Source of the DNA: Vampirovibrio chlorellavorus
GTDB lineage: Bacteria > Cyanobacteriota > Vampirovibrionia > Vampirovibrionales > Vampirovibrionaceae
Direction of reading: 5' to 3'
DNA length: 64,000 nucleotides
NCBI GenBank assembly: GCA_903866275.1
Contig: CAIPMU010000012.1
Span: 6,452 to 70,451 of the forward strand
Position numbers and translations under genes: made by a program
The notes under the pieces: generated by a model
Seen by the model: only the letters and a program-made list of their open reading frames with translations
The model's database searches: none
Told to the model about the DNA's origin: nothing
Part shown: piece by piece, positions 10,343 to 19,994 of the stretch
Layout: each line of letters starts with the position of its first letter
Numbering within the stretch: position 1 is the first letter of the stretch

Positions 10343-11242
10343 CTAACCGCTTTTCTGCTGGCTAACTTTTAAGGGCTTAACCACCGCGGCAATATTGTTG
10401 GCCACAATGGGATGGAGTTTCCAGGCCAAGCCTGTGAACTGCATGAGCTTGATGACACCATAGGTGACATCGATTTCCCACCAGCGGTGACCACTACGGG
10501 CTGCGCTGGGGTTGGCGTGATGGTTGTTGTGCCAGCCTTCGCCAAAGGTCACCAGAGCCACCCACCACAGGTTGCGGCTGTCGTCCTTGGTTTGATAGTT
10601 GCGGTAGCCGAACAGGTGGGTCACCGAGTTCACGAACCAGGTGGTGTGCCAAACATAGGCAATCCGCAGGAAACCACCCCAGATGGCCATTGAGATGGCG
10701 ACTTTTTGACCGCCAATGGCATAACCGATGCCCATTAACACGCCCAGAAAGGCCAGGTTAATCACTTCGAAGTACTTGGCCAGAAAACGGGCCCAGGGAT
10801 CGTTGGCCAGATCGGGAACGTAACGTTCCAGTGTGGCCTGATCTTTCGCGCAACCGTCACCGTACATCAGCCACAGAACGTGTGACCAGAGGAAGCTGAC
10901 TTTCGGGGAATGCGGGTCCATGGGCTGATCGGATTCGCGGTGGTGAATTCGGTGCGTGGCCGACCACCACAGGGGGTCGCCTTCCAGTGCCAGGGTACCG
11001 CACAGCATCAGGAACCATTTCACAATCTTGTGCGTTTTAAAGCTACGGTGGCTCAGGAGCCGGTGATAGCAAAGCGTTACGCCCAGGCATCCCGTCACGA
11101 ATGCCATGACCACGAATGAAATCAATCCAGGCAAGGTATACGTAAACGGCGCCGCAAGCGCTAATCCATGAACGACGATGAGAGCAATCAACATGGAAGG
11201 CCTGAACTGGTCACGGGTGGCTCTGGGGTGCAACAAGGGCAT
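10343..11242 (-). CDS. desC: Membrane acyl-lipid/acyl-CoA delta-9 fatty-acid desaturase
   Basis: Histidine boxes HRLLSH, HRIHH and HNNHHA, with several hydrophobic segments. Confidence 0.85.
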   Translation of the reverse strand: MPLLHPRATRDQFRPSMLIALIVVHGLALAAPFTYTLPGLISFVVMAFVTGCLGVTLCYHRLLSHRSFKTHKIVKWFLMLCGTLALEGDPLWWSATHRIHHRESDQPMDPHSPKVSFLWSHVLWLMYGDGCAKDQATLERYVPDLANDPWARFLAKYFEVINLAFLGVLMGIGYAIGGQKVAISMAIWGGFLRIAYVWHTTWFVNSVTHLFGYRNYQTKDDSRNLWWVALVTFGEGWHNNHHANPSAARSGHRWWEIDVTYGVIKLMQFTGLAWKLHPIVANNIAAVVKPLKVSQQKSG

Positions 11243-11290
11243 AAATGCTTCCTTAAATTAGCTAACGGTTATGCTGGTATCAGATGGGGG

Positions 11291-11416
11291 TTACTGAGCG
11301 GCCGCCGGTCTGGGAGCAGAAGAACGACGACGTTTGTCAGTGCTTTTTTTGCGGTATTTTCTGGCGTTTTCCAGATTGCGTAACGCTTTTTCTCGTTTCT
11401 GATTGTTTTTAGCCAT
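11291..11416 (-). CDS. 41-aa highly basic small protein (MAKNNQKREKALRNLENARKYRKKSTDKRRRSSAPRPAAAQ)
   Basis: Not in the ORF track (<60 aa). AAGGAA SD sits 7 nt upstream of ATG 11416, immediately upstream of and co-oriented with desC. The K/R-rich sequence suggests a nucleic-acid or ribosome-associated peptide. Confidence 0.45.
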   Translation of the reverse strand: MAKNNQKREKALRNLENARKYRKKSTDKRRRSSAPRPAAAQ

Positions 11417-11963
11417 GATGGGTTCCTTTATTGGTTTGTCTAAACTGAAGTTTGTAAGCTGGTTGAAGCCTTAGAGCGAGCTTGATGCAGGCCGCCCTTG
11501 TGGCAGGCTTCAGGAACAGGAGAAGGCGTCTCCCGGGCATGAAGCATTCGCAGCGCCATTGCAGCTGCCCAATGGACCGGGATCCCCTGGAAGTCTGCGT
11601 GGAATTGCGTATCGAATAATCAGTGTTCAAGCCTCTTGGTTATTTGTGCCGGTAAGAAGCTGCCAAACTGGTCCGGTCACAAGGCGGGCACCCTATAAAA
11701 GCAAAGCTCGGTCCAATGGAAATAGAGGGGGCCAGTAGAAAATTTGGGTCACTCTTGAAGGTTGCTTTAACATCAAACAAAGCTGTTAAACACAGCAGAC
11801 AAACCTTAAAAAGTTTCATTCGTCATTATGCGCTGTTCGGATCGAATATTCAAGTTTTTTGCCTGTTCTGGAGGCTGAGTCTGTTTAAAAGCCTGAACGG
11901 GGTGCGTTTGAAATGCTGGAGTCTGGCTAAACGCAAGGGAAGGGGGCGGGCTTGTGAATTCCC

Positions 11964-11995
11964 GGAAGCCCTTTTGGCTGGCTTCCCCTTTTTGG
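11964..11995 (+). terminator. Orphan intrinsic terminator-like hairpin (possible 3' end of a small RNA)
   Basis: GGAAGCC-cttttggct-GGCTTCC followed by CCTTTTTGG. No credible upstream CDS on the + strand; the 135-aa ORF 11716..12123 has implausible composition. Confidence 0.4.
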
Positions 11996-12195
11996 TGCAA
12001 TCGGTTATGCTGGCATCACATTGGGGGAAGACTGAGCCATTCCGGCGAGATCACCCGATTGGGATTCTGATGGGTTTGGTAATTGTTTCTCTTTTTAGAG
12101 CCTCTTTTCCCCGTGAGTGTTGAGTTTAAGGTTGCAGTTGATGATTGACCCGACGAGGTCGCGAGCGGTTGTTTGCCGCTGGAAGGAGTGACGGT

Positions 12196-12666
12196 TTGAA
12201 AAATAAGGTCTGGGCTCTCCTGTTCGGTCTTCTGATGATGATGGTGGCTTCCGTTGAGGCGAAAACGGAACATTGGCAATCCCTGGGGAAGCATCCGATG
12301 GGTGAGATGTCTTATAACACCGAGTCGATTATTCTGAGGGACTCCTTAATCTTCTTTTGGGCGCGTCGGGTTTATGATCAGCCGCAGGATTCCAAAATCA
12401 GCAAGATGAAATTTACGGAGCAGCGGGTGTTTCAGGAGCTGGATTGCAAGAAACACACCATGCGGATGGTGGGCATGATTTTTTATGACGCCAAAGGAAA
12501 GCCCACCGGGGCTTACAAGGATTTAAAAACAGGAGCACAGCCCATCCAGTCCAGCGGATTTTTTGCGAAAGAGGCCGACTTGCTCTGCCCGATTATGTCC
12601 GGGATGGAGTCCGCGCCGGTCAAAAACCTGACAGCAAAACCAACTGTCAAGAAGCCTGCAAAGTAA
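12196..12666 (+). CDS. Secreted small protein resembling the surface-adhesin protein E-like family
   Basis: TTG start 7 nt after a GGAAGGAG SD gives a classic signal peptide MKNKVWALLFGLLMMMVASVEA. The mature part contains W...Y.D..S......W.R....Q......K...T...V..ELDC......V..IFYDAKG. Confidence 0.5.
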   Translation: MKNKVWALLFGLLMMMVASVEAKTEHWQSLGKHPMGEMSYNTESIILRDSLIFFWARRVYDQPQDSKISKMKFTEQRVFQELDCKKHTMRMVGMIFYDAKGKPTGAYKDLKTGAQPIQSSGFFAKEADLLCPIMSGMESAPVKNLTAKPTVKKPAK

Positions 12667-12948
12667 TACTGCCTGTGGCGTCTCAGTCTAAAAAAAACCG
12701 TTCAGTGTGTTGCTGAGCGGTTTTTTAGTCGTTTTTTTCCGGGGTTCAGTTTCAGGTGGATAGCCGCTGATTTTTGTTTGGATTCAAATTTTTTAAAATA
12801 TAGTAATCTGGCCAATATAATCGGGTCGTTCTCACGTGGTAGCCTATTGGATAGTTGTGCGATGGTTTTTCCCCAGCGGCTCGGCCTTTGCGGGCGGAGC
12901 GTTCTCGTTCCAGTGACCCCAGACCGCTATCAGGAGAGGAGGGTGAGT

Positions 12949-13350
12949 ATGCCTTCAGGTCGTCATTATCATGTCATGCCCTACTATACCGGGTGGTGTG
13001 TCCTGGACGACGCCCAGCCGGAAGCGCTTTCGGAATTTGATACCCGTGAAGCTGCCATTTTGTATGCGGAAAATGCCGCTCATCAGTCGCAGGGCGAAGT
13101 TTTTGCTCATTCCACCCGGTATGCTTTTCCGCCTGATGACGCGACCCATGCCACTGAACTGCCGGAGGTGCCGCAACGGGGCTTATCCGCCAATCCCGAT
13201 CCGGTAACCCATACGCTTCGCCGTCAGAAAATGGCCGTACCGGGCGCAACGGCCTGGCCTGAGGCTGAGTCTGTCTTGGCGCAGGCGGAACGTTTTCCGG
13301 GTGATTTTGATCCCTTGTTGGGTTTTGATGCCTATTATTTTGAAATTTAA
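12949..13350 (+). CDS. DUF2188-domain protein
   Basis: RHYHVMPYYTGWCVLDDAQPEALSEFDTREAAILYAENAAHQSQGEVFAH matches the DUF2188 consensus (YHV.P...GW.V...G..R.....T..EAI..A). A GGAGAGGAGGG SD precedes ATG 12949. The ORF-track start at 12778 is probably too long. Confidence 0.55.
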   Translation: MPSGRHYHVMPYYTGWCVLDDAQPEALSEFDTREAAILYAENAAHQSQGEVFAHSTRYAFPPDDATHATELPEVPQRGLSANPDPVTHTLRRQKMAVPGATAWPEAESVLAQAERFPGDFDPLLGFDAYYFEI

Positions 13351-13362
13351 GCGGTCAATGGG

Positions 13363-14124
13363 TCAGGGCAGGGTTTTTAAATAGGCCAGCACTGCCTGAA
13401 ATGCTCGCCCGCGATGACTGATGGCGTTTTTCTCCGCTGTGGACAGCTCGGCCATCGTGCGGGGACTGGGTTCACCCAGGGCATTGAGCGGGACTGTGAT
13501 GGGATCGTAGCCAAATCCATTTAGGCCGCGAGGTGCCTCATCAATGATCTGCAGTTCAGTGCTTTCCAGGATCTCAAAGCAACGGCCGCGTTGGGGGTGC
13601 CACAGGACCATGCCGCAGCAGTAGTGCCCGTTGCGGTTGCTTTGGCCAGCCAGCAATTTTAAAATCCCCTGACAGAGATCGCTGTTGGTCACGCCCGCTT
13701 CACTGATCCGATCCAGTGGCATGCGATTGGGATGGCTGTTGCCCAGAAGCTCATCCCGAAGGGCGGGGGTGAGCCAGCGATTGCTGTGTAAGCCCGGAAA
13801 AGGGTTCAGCCCGTAGTGTCCTGCCAGTGCGTCAACCACCAGCCCTGAGTCTTCAGCCAGCACATACCCGTCGGGCTGGACGGGTGCGGTTTGCTCGGCT
13901 TTTAGCCAGGCGTTTTCCAGAAAATCCTGCCCGGTCTCTTCCACATCCGGCGCTGCTTCGTGGATGGCCAGGGTGATGGGCAAGCCACTGGCTTCGACCC
14001 AGTGCATCAATTCTCGCTGTTTGCCTGTATTTTTGGTGGCCAGGGTGATCACCAGTGGCATCGTGGCGGCGTCATCCAGCGGTTGAGACACGGGATGCAT
14101 CGGGGAGGGCGGTGGGTTAGACAT
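13363..14124 (-). CDS. rdgB: Non-canonical purine NTP pyrophosphatase (dITP/XTP pyrophosphatase, RdgB/Ham1 family)
   Basis: LVITLATKNTGKQRE, an EDSGL core and a C-terminal FGYDPI...SHRGRA match the RdgB/Ham1 family. The true start may be the internal Met at 14061 (MPLVITLATKN). Confidence 0.8.
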   Translation of the reverse strand: MSNPPPSPMHPVSQPLDDAATMPLVITLATKNTGKQRELMHWVEASGLPITLAIHEAAPDVEETGQDFLENAWLKAEQTAPVQPDGYVLAEDSGLVVDALAGHYGLNPFPGLHSNRWLTPALRDELLGNSHPNRMPLDRISEAGVTNSDLCQGILKLLAGQSNRNGHYCCGMVLWHPQRGRCFEILESTELQIIDEAPRGLNGFGYDPITVPLNALGEPSPRTMAELSTAEKNAISHRGRAFQAVLAYLKTLP

Positions 14125-14208
14125 GAGGGCGGCACTCCTTGCGGGATTTGAGGTTGAGGCTGCGATTCCGTTGTTTGTCTGAACGGAACGGGTTACGCAT
14201 GATGGTGA

Positions 14209-15204
14209 TCAGTGCACCGGCTGCTTTTGGCACAGCCAGCCCATGCGCGGATACCGATACTCTATAAAGGGTGCGTCCAATTGTCCAAGACTTTCTATCT
14301 GCAAGCGCAGGTTGGGGTGAGCCGCTTGGACCTGAGACCACAGCGAGGCTTGCGCCTTGGCCTCCACCTCGCCCTGATTGACAACGATGAGCAAACCGCC
14401 CGGCGCAAGCAGATCCAGCAGATGGTTCAACAGGGCTTGCGGCGCAAAGTGATTCAGCGGCAGGCCCCAGGCCAGATGAGGCTCTTCAAAAACAAAGGGG
14501 AGAAACAGGCTGATGATGTCCGCCGGTTGTTGCCACTGTTGAATGGCACCGGCATGATAGGCGGCGTGGGGCAGGTGTTGAATAAAGGCTTGGGCCGCCT
14601 GTGCGCGAGTCTGCAGGTTGGTGTATCGTCGGTGTGGGTCCAGTTCCACCCCATCCAGTTCATAGGTCGGGGCAGAAGTCTCTGCAACTGGGGCCAATAG
14701 CTTGGCTTTATCGGCATTCTTGGACAGCTGCTGCCTGATAAACCCATCCAGCGCTTCCACATAGGCCCAGTTCTTGGCGCCCACATCCAGCCAGCGAAAA
14801 GGTTGACCGGCATCTGGCTGGCATGAGGTCAGCCCCTGAAAAAAGTGTGGATGCTGCTGAAAGATCTGATCCAGCCAGTGCAGGTAGGTCAGGGTTTCCA
14901 GTACGCGTTGCTCGCTGGCGCGTTGGGGCAAATGCTTCAATCCGTAGCAGTCTAGCAGTGTATTTCCAAGGTCAATGGCCTCTGGGGGTAAACCTTTTAG
15001 GGCCTGATGACCGGCGGGCGTCTCCCGGTAATGGCCGGGTGACCAGTGCATAAAATTTCGCAATGCCCAGTGCAGGGCATTGTTTCTGGACTGCCAATCC
15101 CACCGCCAGCGCTCCCAGGGGTTTTGGTTCAGGGTATTAGGCCCTGAAATGCCAGTGGTCTGGGTAACCGTCGGTTGGTGTGCACTGTGCTGCTGGGGAT
15201 CCAT
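14209..15204 (-). CDS. Hypothetical protein, possibly class I SAM-dependent methyltransferase-like
   Basis: Weak motif-I-like WLDVGAKNW, an acidic beta2 end LDGVELDP and LAPGGLLIV. It has 331 aa and I recognise no precise family. Confidence 0.35.
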   Translation of the reverse strand: MDPQQHSAHQPTVTQTTGISGPNTLNQNPWERWRWDWQSRNNALHWALRNFMHWSPGHYRETPAGHQALKGLPPEAIDLGNTLLDCYGLKHLPQRASEQRVLETLTYLHWLDQIFQQHPHFFQGLTSCQPDAGQPFRWLDVGAKNWAYVEALDGFIRQQLSKNADKAKLLAPVAETSAPTYELDGVELDPHRRYTNLQTRAQAAQAFIQHLPHAAYHAGAIQQWQQPADIISLFLPFVFEEPHLAWGLPLNHFAPQALLNHLLDLLAPGGLLIVVNQGEVEAKAQASLWSQVQAAHPNLRLQIESLGQLDAPFIEYRYPRMGWLCQKQPVH

Positions 15205-15316
15205 CTGATTCCGAAGCGCTCCCGGTGTCTCATCATCCTCACGCTTCTATCATACCGGATCGCTCAGCGTTGAGCCCCCCAATGATCCGTCGAGTTTTTT
15301 AGAAGTGTTGCTGACT

Positions 15317-15562
15317 CTAGCGCTCGCCGGTTTGACTATCAGTGCTCGTGCTGGTCCGCAGTGCCATTAAATCCTGTTGAGCCTGAAGCTTGGCCATTTT
15401 AAGCTGTTCTGTGCTGCCAATATCCCGGCCACTCATGGCGGACAGCACACTGATCAGACACATCAATAACAATGATGAGAGCAACACCTTTTCCAGCAGG
15501 GAGAGTTTGAGTTTACGAACCTCAGTCAAAAAATGACTGCTATAGCCAAGCCGAGACTTCAT
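15317..15562 (-). CDS. Small bitopic membrane protein, FtsB/DivIC (septum-formation initiator)-like
   Basis: Short basic N-terminus, one TM segment (LLSSLLLMCLISVLSAM), then a coiled-coil-like Q/L-rich tail; 81 aa. Confidence 0.4.
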   Translation of the reverse strand: MKSRLGYSSHFLTEVRKLKLSLLEKVLLSSLLLMCLISVLSAMSGRDIGSTEQLKMAKLQAQQDLMALRTSTSTDSQTGER

Positions 15563-15990
15563 GGTAATGCAGGCGCCTTTCTGTGGTTAAGGTGTGCGGA
15601 TCAAAAGCTGGATGTACCTGGGGCCAGACTGGACTCTGGCGGAACTGGAGTTGCTTTGAGCAGTTTTCGACTGGCTAGAAGGTCAGTTTGAATACCCAAA
15701 AACAGTTAGCTGGTTTAAAAATGGAAATTTGAAATGGATAAAGTAGCGTGTCAAAATCGAAAAATGGATAGAAAAAATGGACTCAGGCTTGAACTAAAAC
15801 ATCGTTTTTGCGTTTGGCGTTTTGTCTCAAGGATTGCTTAAAGACTATACTTTAATTATAAAGCCAATTGCTAAGCTTAGATAGTGGTATTGAAAAAAAA
15901 ATCTGGTAAGATTTCATCAGCCGCTCTAGCCTTTGGCTGATACCTTTATTATATGCCCAGAAACCCTGATTTACGGAACCCCCCACAAGA

Positions 15991-16971
15991 ATGAATTTTC
16001 CTGTAGTAAGAAAGCGCCGCTTGCGCAAGACCCCGCTGTTGCGAGACATGGTCGCGGAAACTCAACTGACCGCCGCGGATCTGGTTTACCCCCTGTTCAT
16101 CAATGATGAGCCCCATAGCCGAATTCCAGTCGCCTCTATGCCGGGTATTTATCAGCAATCGATTGATAACGCCGTGATTGAAGTCGGTCAGGCCCTGGAG
16201 CTGGGCGTGCGCTCGGTGCTACTCTTCGGTGTGCCCTCCGAAAAGGATCAGGAGGGCTCCAACGCATGGTTTGAGCAGGGTGTGACCCAGCGGGCCATTC
16301 GTGAACTCAAGCGTCAGTTTGGGCAGGATCTGGTGGTCATCGCCGATACCTGTATGTGTGAGTACACCTCGCATGGCCATTGCGGGGTGCTGATGGATGG
16401 TCGGGTGTTGAATGATCCCACACTGGAGTTACTGTCCCGCACGGCAATCTCTCAGGCGCTGGCCGGAGCCGATATTATTGCGCCGTCGGATATGATGGAC
16501 GGACGCATTGCCTATATTCGGGATTCGCTGGATGATGCCGGCTACGACGATATTCCCCTGATGTCCTACTCGGCCAAGTACGCCAGCAGTCTCTACTCAC
16601 CGTTTCGGGATGCCGCGGAATCCACGCCCGCCTGTGGGGATCGCAAGAGCTACCAGATGGACCCCCGTAACGCTCGGGAAGCGCTGGAAGAAGTGTTGCA
16701 GGATGTTCAGGAAGGTGCAGACATCATTATGGTGAAGCCCGCCCTGTCCTATCTGGACATCATCAGTCAGGTGCGACAACTCACCCGGCTGCCCTTGGCT
16801 GCCTACAACGTTTCCGGGGAGTACAGCATGGTGAAGGCTGCCGCGGCCAATGGCTGGATCAACGAACGCGACGTGGTTCTGGAGTTGCTCACCGGTATTA
16901 AACGGGCGGGCGCGGAAATCATTATCACCTATCACGCTATGGATGCGGCCCGCTGGCTACTTAAACAGTAA
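15991..16971 (+). CDS. hemB: Porphobilinogen synthase (delta-aminolevulinic acid dehydratase)
   Basis: N-terminus VVRKRRLRKTPLLRDMVAETQL, an active-site lysine region (IMVKPAL) and metal-binding CxC region (DTCMCEYTSHGHCG). Confidence 0.9.
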   Translation: MNFPVVRKRRLRKTPLLRDMVAETQLTAADLVYPLFINDEPHSRIPVASMPGIYQQSIDNAVIEVGQALELGVRSVLLFGVPSEKDQEGSNAWFEQGVTQRAIRELKRQFGQDLVVIADTCMCEYTSHGHCGVLMDGRVLNDPTLELLSRTAISQALAGADIIAPSDMMDGRIAYIRDSLDDAGYDDIPLMSYSAKYASSLYSPFRDAAESTPACGDRKSYQMDPRNAREALEEVLQDVQEGADIIMVKPALSYLDIISQVRQLTRLPLAAYNVSGEYSMVKAAAANGWINERDVVLELLTGIKRAGAEIIITYHAMDAARWLLKQ

Positions 16972-17466
16972 ATTCCCCAGCCAACCACACACCGTTAGCG
17001 GCAAGCGCCGGAGCATTGGCAGTGCTAGATGGAGTGTGGCCACGCGCTTGGCTTGTTGCCGGTATTTGCGCCACACCGGGAAGAGTCGAATCGTCGCGGA
17101 TTGAATGATTGGAGAGCGTCCCTGGCTCTTGACGCTGATGCCCCATTGACTGGGCTTCGCGTCGTTGGTTCTGGAGGCTTGAATTTGGTTCTGCTGTTTT
17201 GTTCCTGTGCACCGTGGGCTGCCTGTGTAGAGTTTTGCGGGTCGTGGGGCAAAAGGTAGCACCTGCGACGACGGTGAGGCTTGGGGCTTGGGGGCGAGCA
17301 ATTGTAGATTGGCTTCATACCGAGCCCATTCCTCAATCGGACAGAGCTGCATGGCGAGCAGTTCAATCCGGGCTTCCCAGGCATCAGCGGCTGCCCGATT
17401 GTTGTCGGGTGTTTCGGTTTGACGATGACGCTGGTGGCGTTTTGGGTGGTGTTTCAGCTTTTTCAT
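16957..17466 (-). CDS. Hypothetical protein (doubtful)
   Basis: Its 3' end overlaps the hemB 3' end by 15 nt. The N-terminus is basic (MKKLKHHPKRHQRHRQ) and the rest is low-complexity. Confidence 0.2.
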   Translation of the reverse strand: MKKLKHHPKRHQRHRQTETPDNNRAAADAWEARIELLAMQLCPIEEWARYEANLQLLAPKPQASPSSQVLPFAPRPAKLYTGSPRCTGTKQQNQIQASRTNDAKPSQWGISVKSQGRSPIIQSATIRLFPVWRKYRQQAKRVATLHLALPMLRRLPLTVCGWLGNLLFK

Positions 17467-17816
17467 GGGTGGCTCGTTTGTCTAGGTTGCCTTGCTAACC
17501 GTGAACTATGCTCATTAAACCCAAGGCGCTGCCATTTGTGCTGCAACTGGCGAGAACCAAGACGTATCTTTTATGGATCTCGCTGGAATTGCCATGTTAA
17601 GGCAACACTCCCCCGGTGAACCGTATTGAGATTGTCCTGATTTTAATTAATTTGCCGAGCGTTGACTATTGCTCGTTGTGGTAATTTTTTGGCTGTTTGT
17701 TATTCAGTTAGGGTGAGTTCTTCTTCAGTGAGGGAGAAACGATGGCGGTAAAGGTCAGGGCAATTGTCATTTTCTGAAATGAAGCTTTTTAAATGAACGG
17801 TCGAGGCCGGTTGAAT

Positions 17817-18845
17817 TCAGTTGGGTCTGGCTTGAAAGCCTTGCAATTTGTCCAGTTCGTGGGGTGGGATAATGCGAATGGTGTGAATGGGTTTTCGGGT
17901 GAGTTGTTCCAACTGTGGCGTGCAGAGCCAGTCGGCGAAAATCACCTGTGCCCGTTTCAGCACCCGCTCGGTTTCCGCGAGGGGTTCCTGCCCGGCCAAT
18001 ATCGTGCGAATGCTGAGCGAATCGCCACGCAGCGCGGAAATGACCGCCTCGGCCTGCTGCAAAATGATCGTGCTGCTGGAAATGACGGCAATTAAACTAT
18101 CCGGCGGCAATTGGCGAATAAAATCCAGCTCTTGCTTTACTGCACCAACATCAATGACGGTAATGCGCTCGCTGATGGCGTGTTCATCCAGCGGGAGTGA
18201 AGGTGAGCCTGCCCTGTTGGAGATTTCTGAGCCTGTTGGAAGCTCTTGCTGTGCGGTGGCGAGTTTTTCCTTGAGGGCCTGATAATGATAGCGGCTGGTG
18301 AGAAAGTGACTGAATGGCTCCTGCTCCGGATGAAGCTGCGTGAGTGTGGTCACCTTGACAGGGCGTTGCAGGGCGTGTTGCAGTTCGGCCTGAAACACGC
18401 CCAGAATGTCGTGGTGAATATCCACGAAAATCAGCGGCTGCAGGTTTTGTTGCGTCTGCGTTTGACGACAAGCCTCAATCGCAGCCAGCGCCTCGGGCCA
18501 GGTGTAGCCCTGTTGCATCACCTGATGCGTGAAAAATTCCGCCAGGGCTTGCAAGCCACTGGGTTCGCTGTGTTGTGGCGATAGAATGCCCCGTCGGGCC
18601 TCCACGCCCAGGGTGGCCACTTTGGCGCCGCTGCCATGCCGGATTTCAATCAGCCCTTTGGCCTCCAGTTCCCGGTAGGCGCTGAGGCAAGTGTTGTGGT
18701 GGATGCCCAGCTTCTGCGATAAGAGGCGAATGCTGGGCAGTTTGATGCCCGGCTTGAGAATGCCTGCGGCTATCTGCATGGAAAATTGTGTCACCAGCTG
18801 TTGGTGCACTGAGATATGGGTGCCCTTTTGAATGGCGATGTCCAT
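17817..18845 (-). CDS. GntR-family transcriptional regulator with large C-terminal effector domain
   Basis: N-terminal winged-HTH (LPSIRLLSQKLGIHHNTCLSAYRELEAKGLIEIRHGSGAKVA); 342 aa. Confidence 0.6.
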   Translation of the reverse strand: MDIAIQKGTHISVHQQLVTQFSMQIAAGILKPGIKLPSIRLLSQKLGIHHNTCLSAYRELEAKGLIEIRHGSGAKVATLGVEARRGILSPQHSEPSGLQALAEFFTHQVMQQGYTWPEALAAIEACRQTQTQQNLQPLIFVDIHHDILGVFQAELQHALQRPVKVTTLTQLHPEQEPFSHFLTSRYHYQALKEKLATAQQELPTGSEISNRAGSPSLPLDEHAISERITVIDVGAVKQELDFIRQLPPDSLIAVISSSTIILQQAEAVISALRGDSLSIRTILAGQEPLAETERVLKRAQVIFADWLCTPQLEQLTRKPIHTIRIIPPHELDKLQGFQARPN

Positions 18846-19127
18846 CTTGAAATATCCTTCTCCTGAAACGAGCCAGTTTTATTGGCTTACGGCTGCCATG
18901 AGTCGGTGCATATCCGGTGGGCGGCTGGCCTTGCTCTGCTGAACTGAATTGAGTGTAACAATTTAAAGTCAGCACATGTACAGTTATTGTAACAGTTTAA
19001 GGAAGTGTTATAGCCTCAGCGGCAACGGGTAAAACCGTGCGTTAGGGTGTGAATGATGGATGCTGCGCTGATGGTCAGTGTGGGTTCGTCTGTTTGTGGA
19101 TTTGACTTATTCAATTGGAGATCAGCC

Positions 19128-19889
19128 ATGCTGAAGCCCAAGCGTTATAAAAGCCGTTTTGAACTTCCCTATCCCTTTACGCGAGCTGTGGCCCGTTTTT
19201 TACTGTGGCTTGGCTTTGCGCTGGAGGTTCAGGGACAGGAATGGCTGTTACCCGACGGCCCGAATGCGACTCACGGTCGCACCACTGACGAAAAAAATCG
19301 GGGACATCGTCCCGGCCTGATTCTGGCCGGAAATCATACGGGCTATCTGGATAGTCTGGTGGTGGTGGCTGCAGTGGCAAGTCGGTTTCGATTCCTGATG
19401 ACCCATGAAGTCTTTGATTGGGGTTGGGTGGGGCGTTGTGTGCCCTATGTCAATATCATTCCCATTGCACCGGGCCGTGAAAAACGCGCGCTGGTGGAGG
19501 CGGTGCAAGCGTTGCAGCAATCGGAAACGATCTGTATTTTTCCGGAAGGACGGTTGAGCCGGGACGGTAGTCTGGGGCCATTTCAGAATGGTGTGGGTCT
19601 GTTGCAGCAAAAAAGCGGCGCGATGATTGTGCCGTTCGCCATTTGCGGCGGTTTTGCCGCATGGCCGGAGGGACAGCGACTGCCACGCTTTGGGAAAATT
19701 CTGCTTCTTTTTGGGGAACCCATGTTGCCGGATATGTCAGCCGATCGGCAGGCGATCACCCAAACCTTGAAAACTCGGGTGCAAGCCTTGCTGGACACAG
19801 GCAACGCCCAATTGGAACAGCGCAGGAGGACCGCCAAGGCGCCGACGGATTTCGGCAAGCCACGGACCTTCGGCAATTCGGCTGGGTAA
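19128..19889 (+). CDS. 1-acyl-sn-glycerol-3-phosphate (lysophospholipid) acyltransferase, PlsC/LPLAT family
   Basis: H(x4)D motif AGNHTGYLD and FPEGRLS motif. GGAG SD sits 7 nt upstream of ATG 19128. Confidence 0.75.
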   Translation: MLKPKRYKSRFELPYPFTRAVARFLLWLGFALEVQGQEWLLPDGPNATHGRTTDEKNRGHRPGLILAGNHTGYLDSLVVVAAVASRFRFLMTHEVFDWGWVGRCVPYVNIIPIAPGREKRALVEAVQALQQSETICIFPEGRLSRDGSLGPFQNGVGLLQQKSGAMIVPFAICGGFAAWPEGQRLPRFGKILLLFGEPMLPDMSADRQAITQTLKTRVQALLDTGNAQLEQRRRTAKAPTDFGKPRTFGNSAG

Positions 19890-19994
19890 TGGGAAGGAAC
19901 TGTCTGATACAACTCTTTGATACAACTCTGGAATTGTAACAGTGTATGCCGGGTTGGCTGGCCTTACAGCGATGATTTCCGATACAATGGGTGC

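Noticed and set aside
11716-12123. 135-aa ORF in the 11.4-12.1 kb gap
   Set aside because: It has a W/C/R/F-rich composition and no SD. The region is better explained as non-coding, ending in an orphan terminator.
15560-15990. Candidate sigma-70 promoter TTGAAA...TAAGAT upstream of hemB
   Set aside because: Spacer length is about 12 nt rather than 16-18, so I do not annotate the element.
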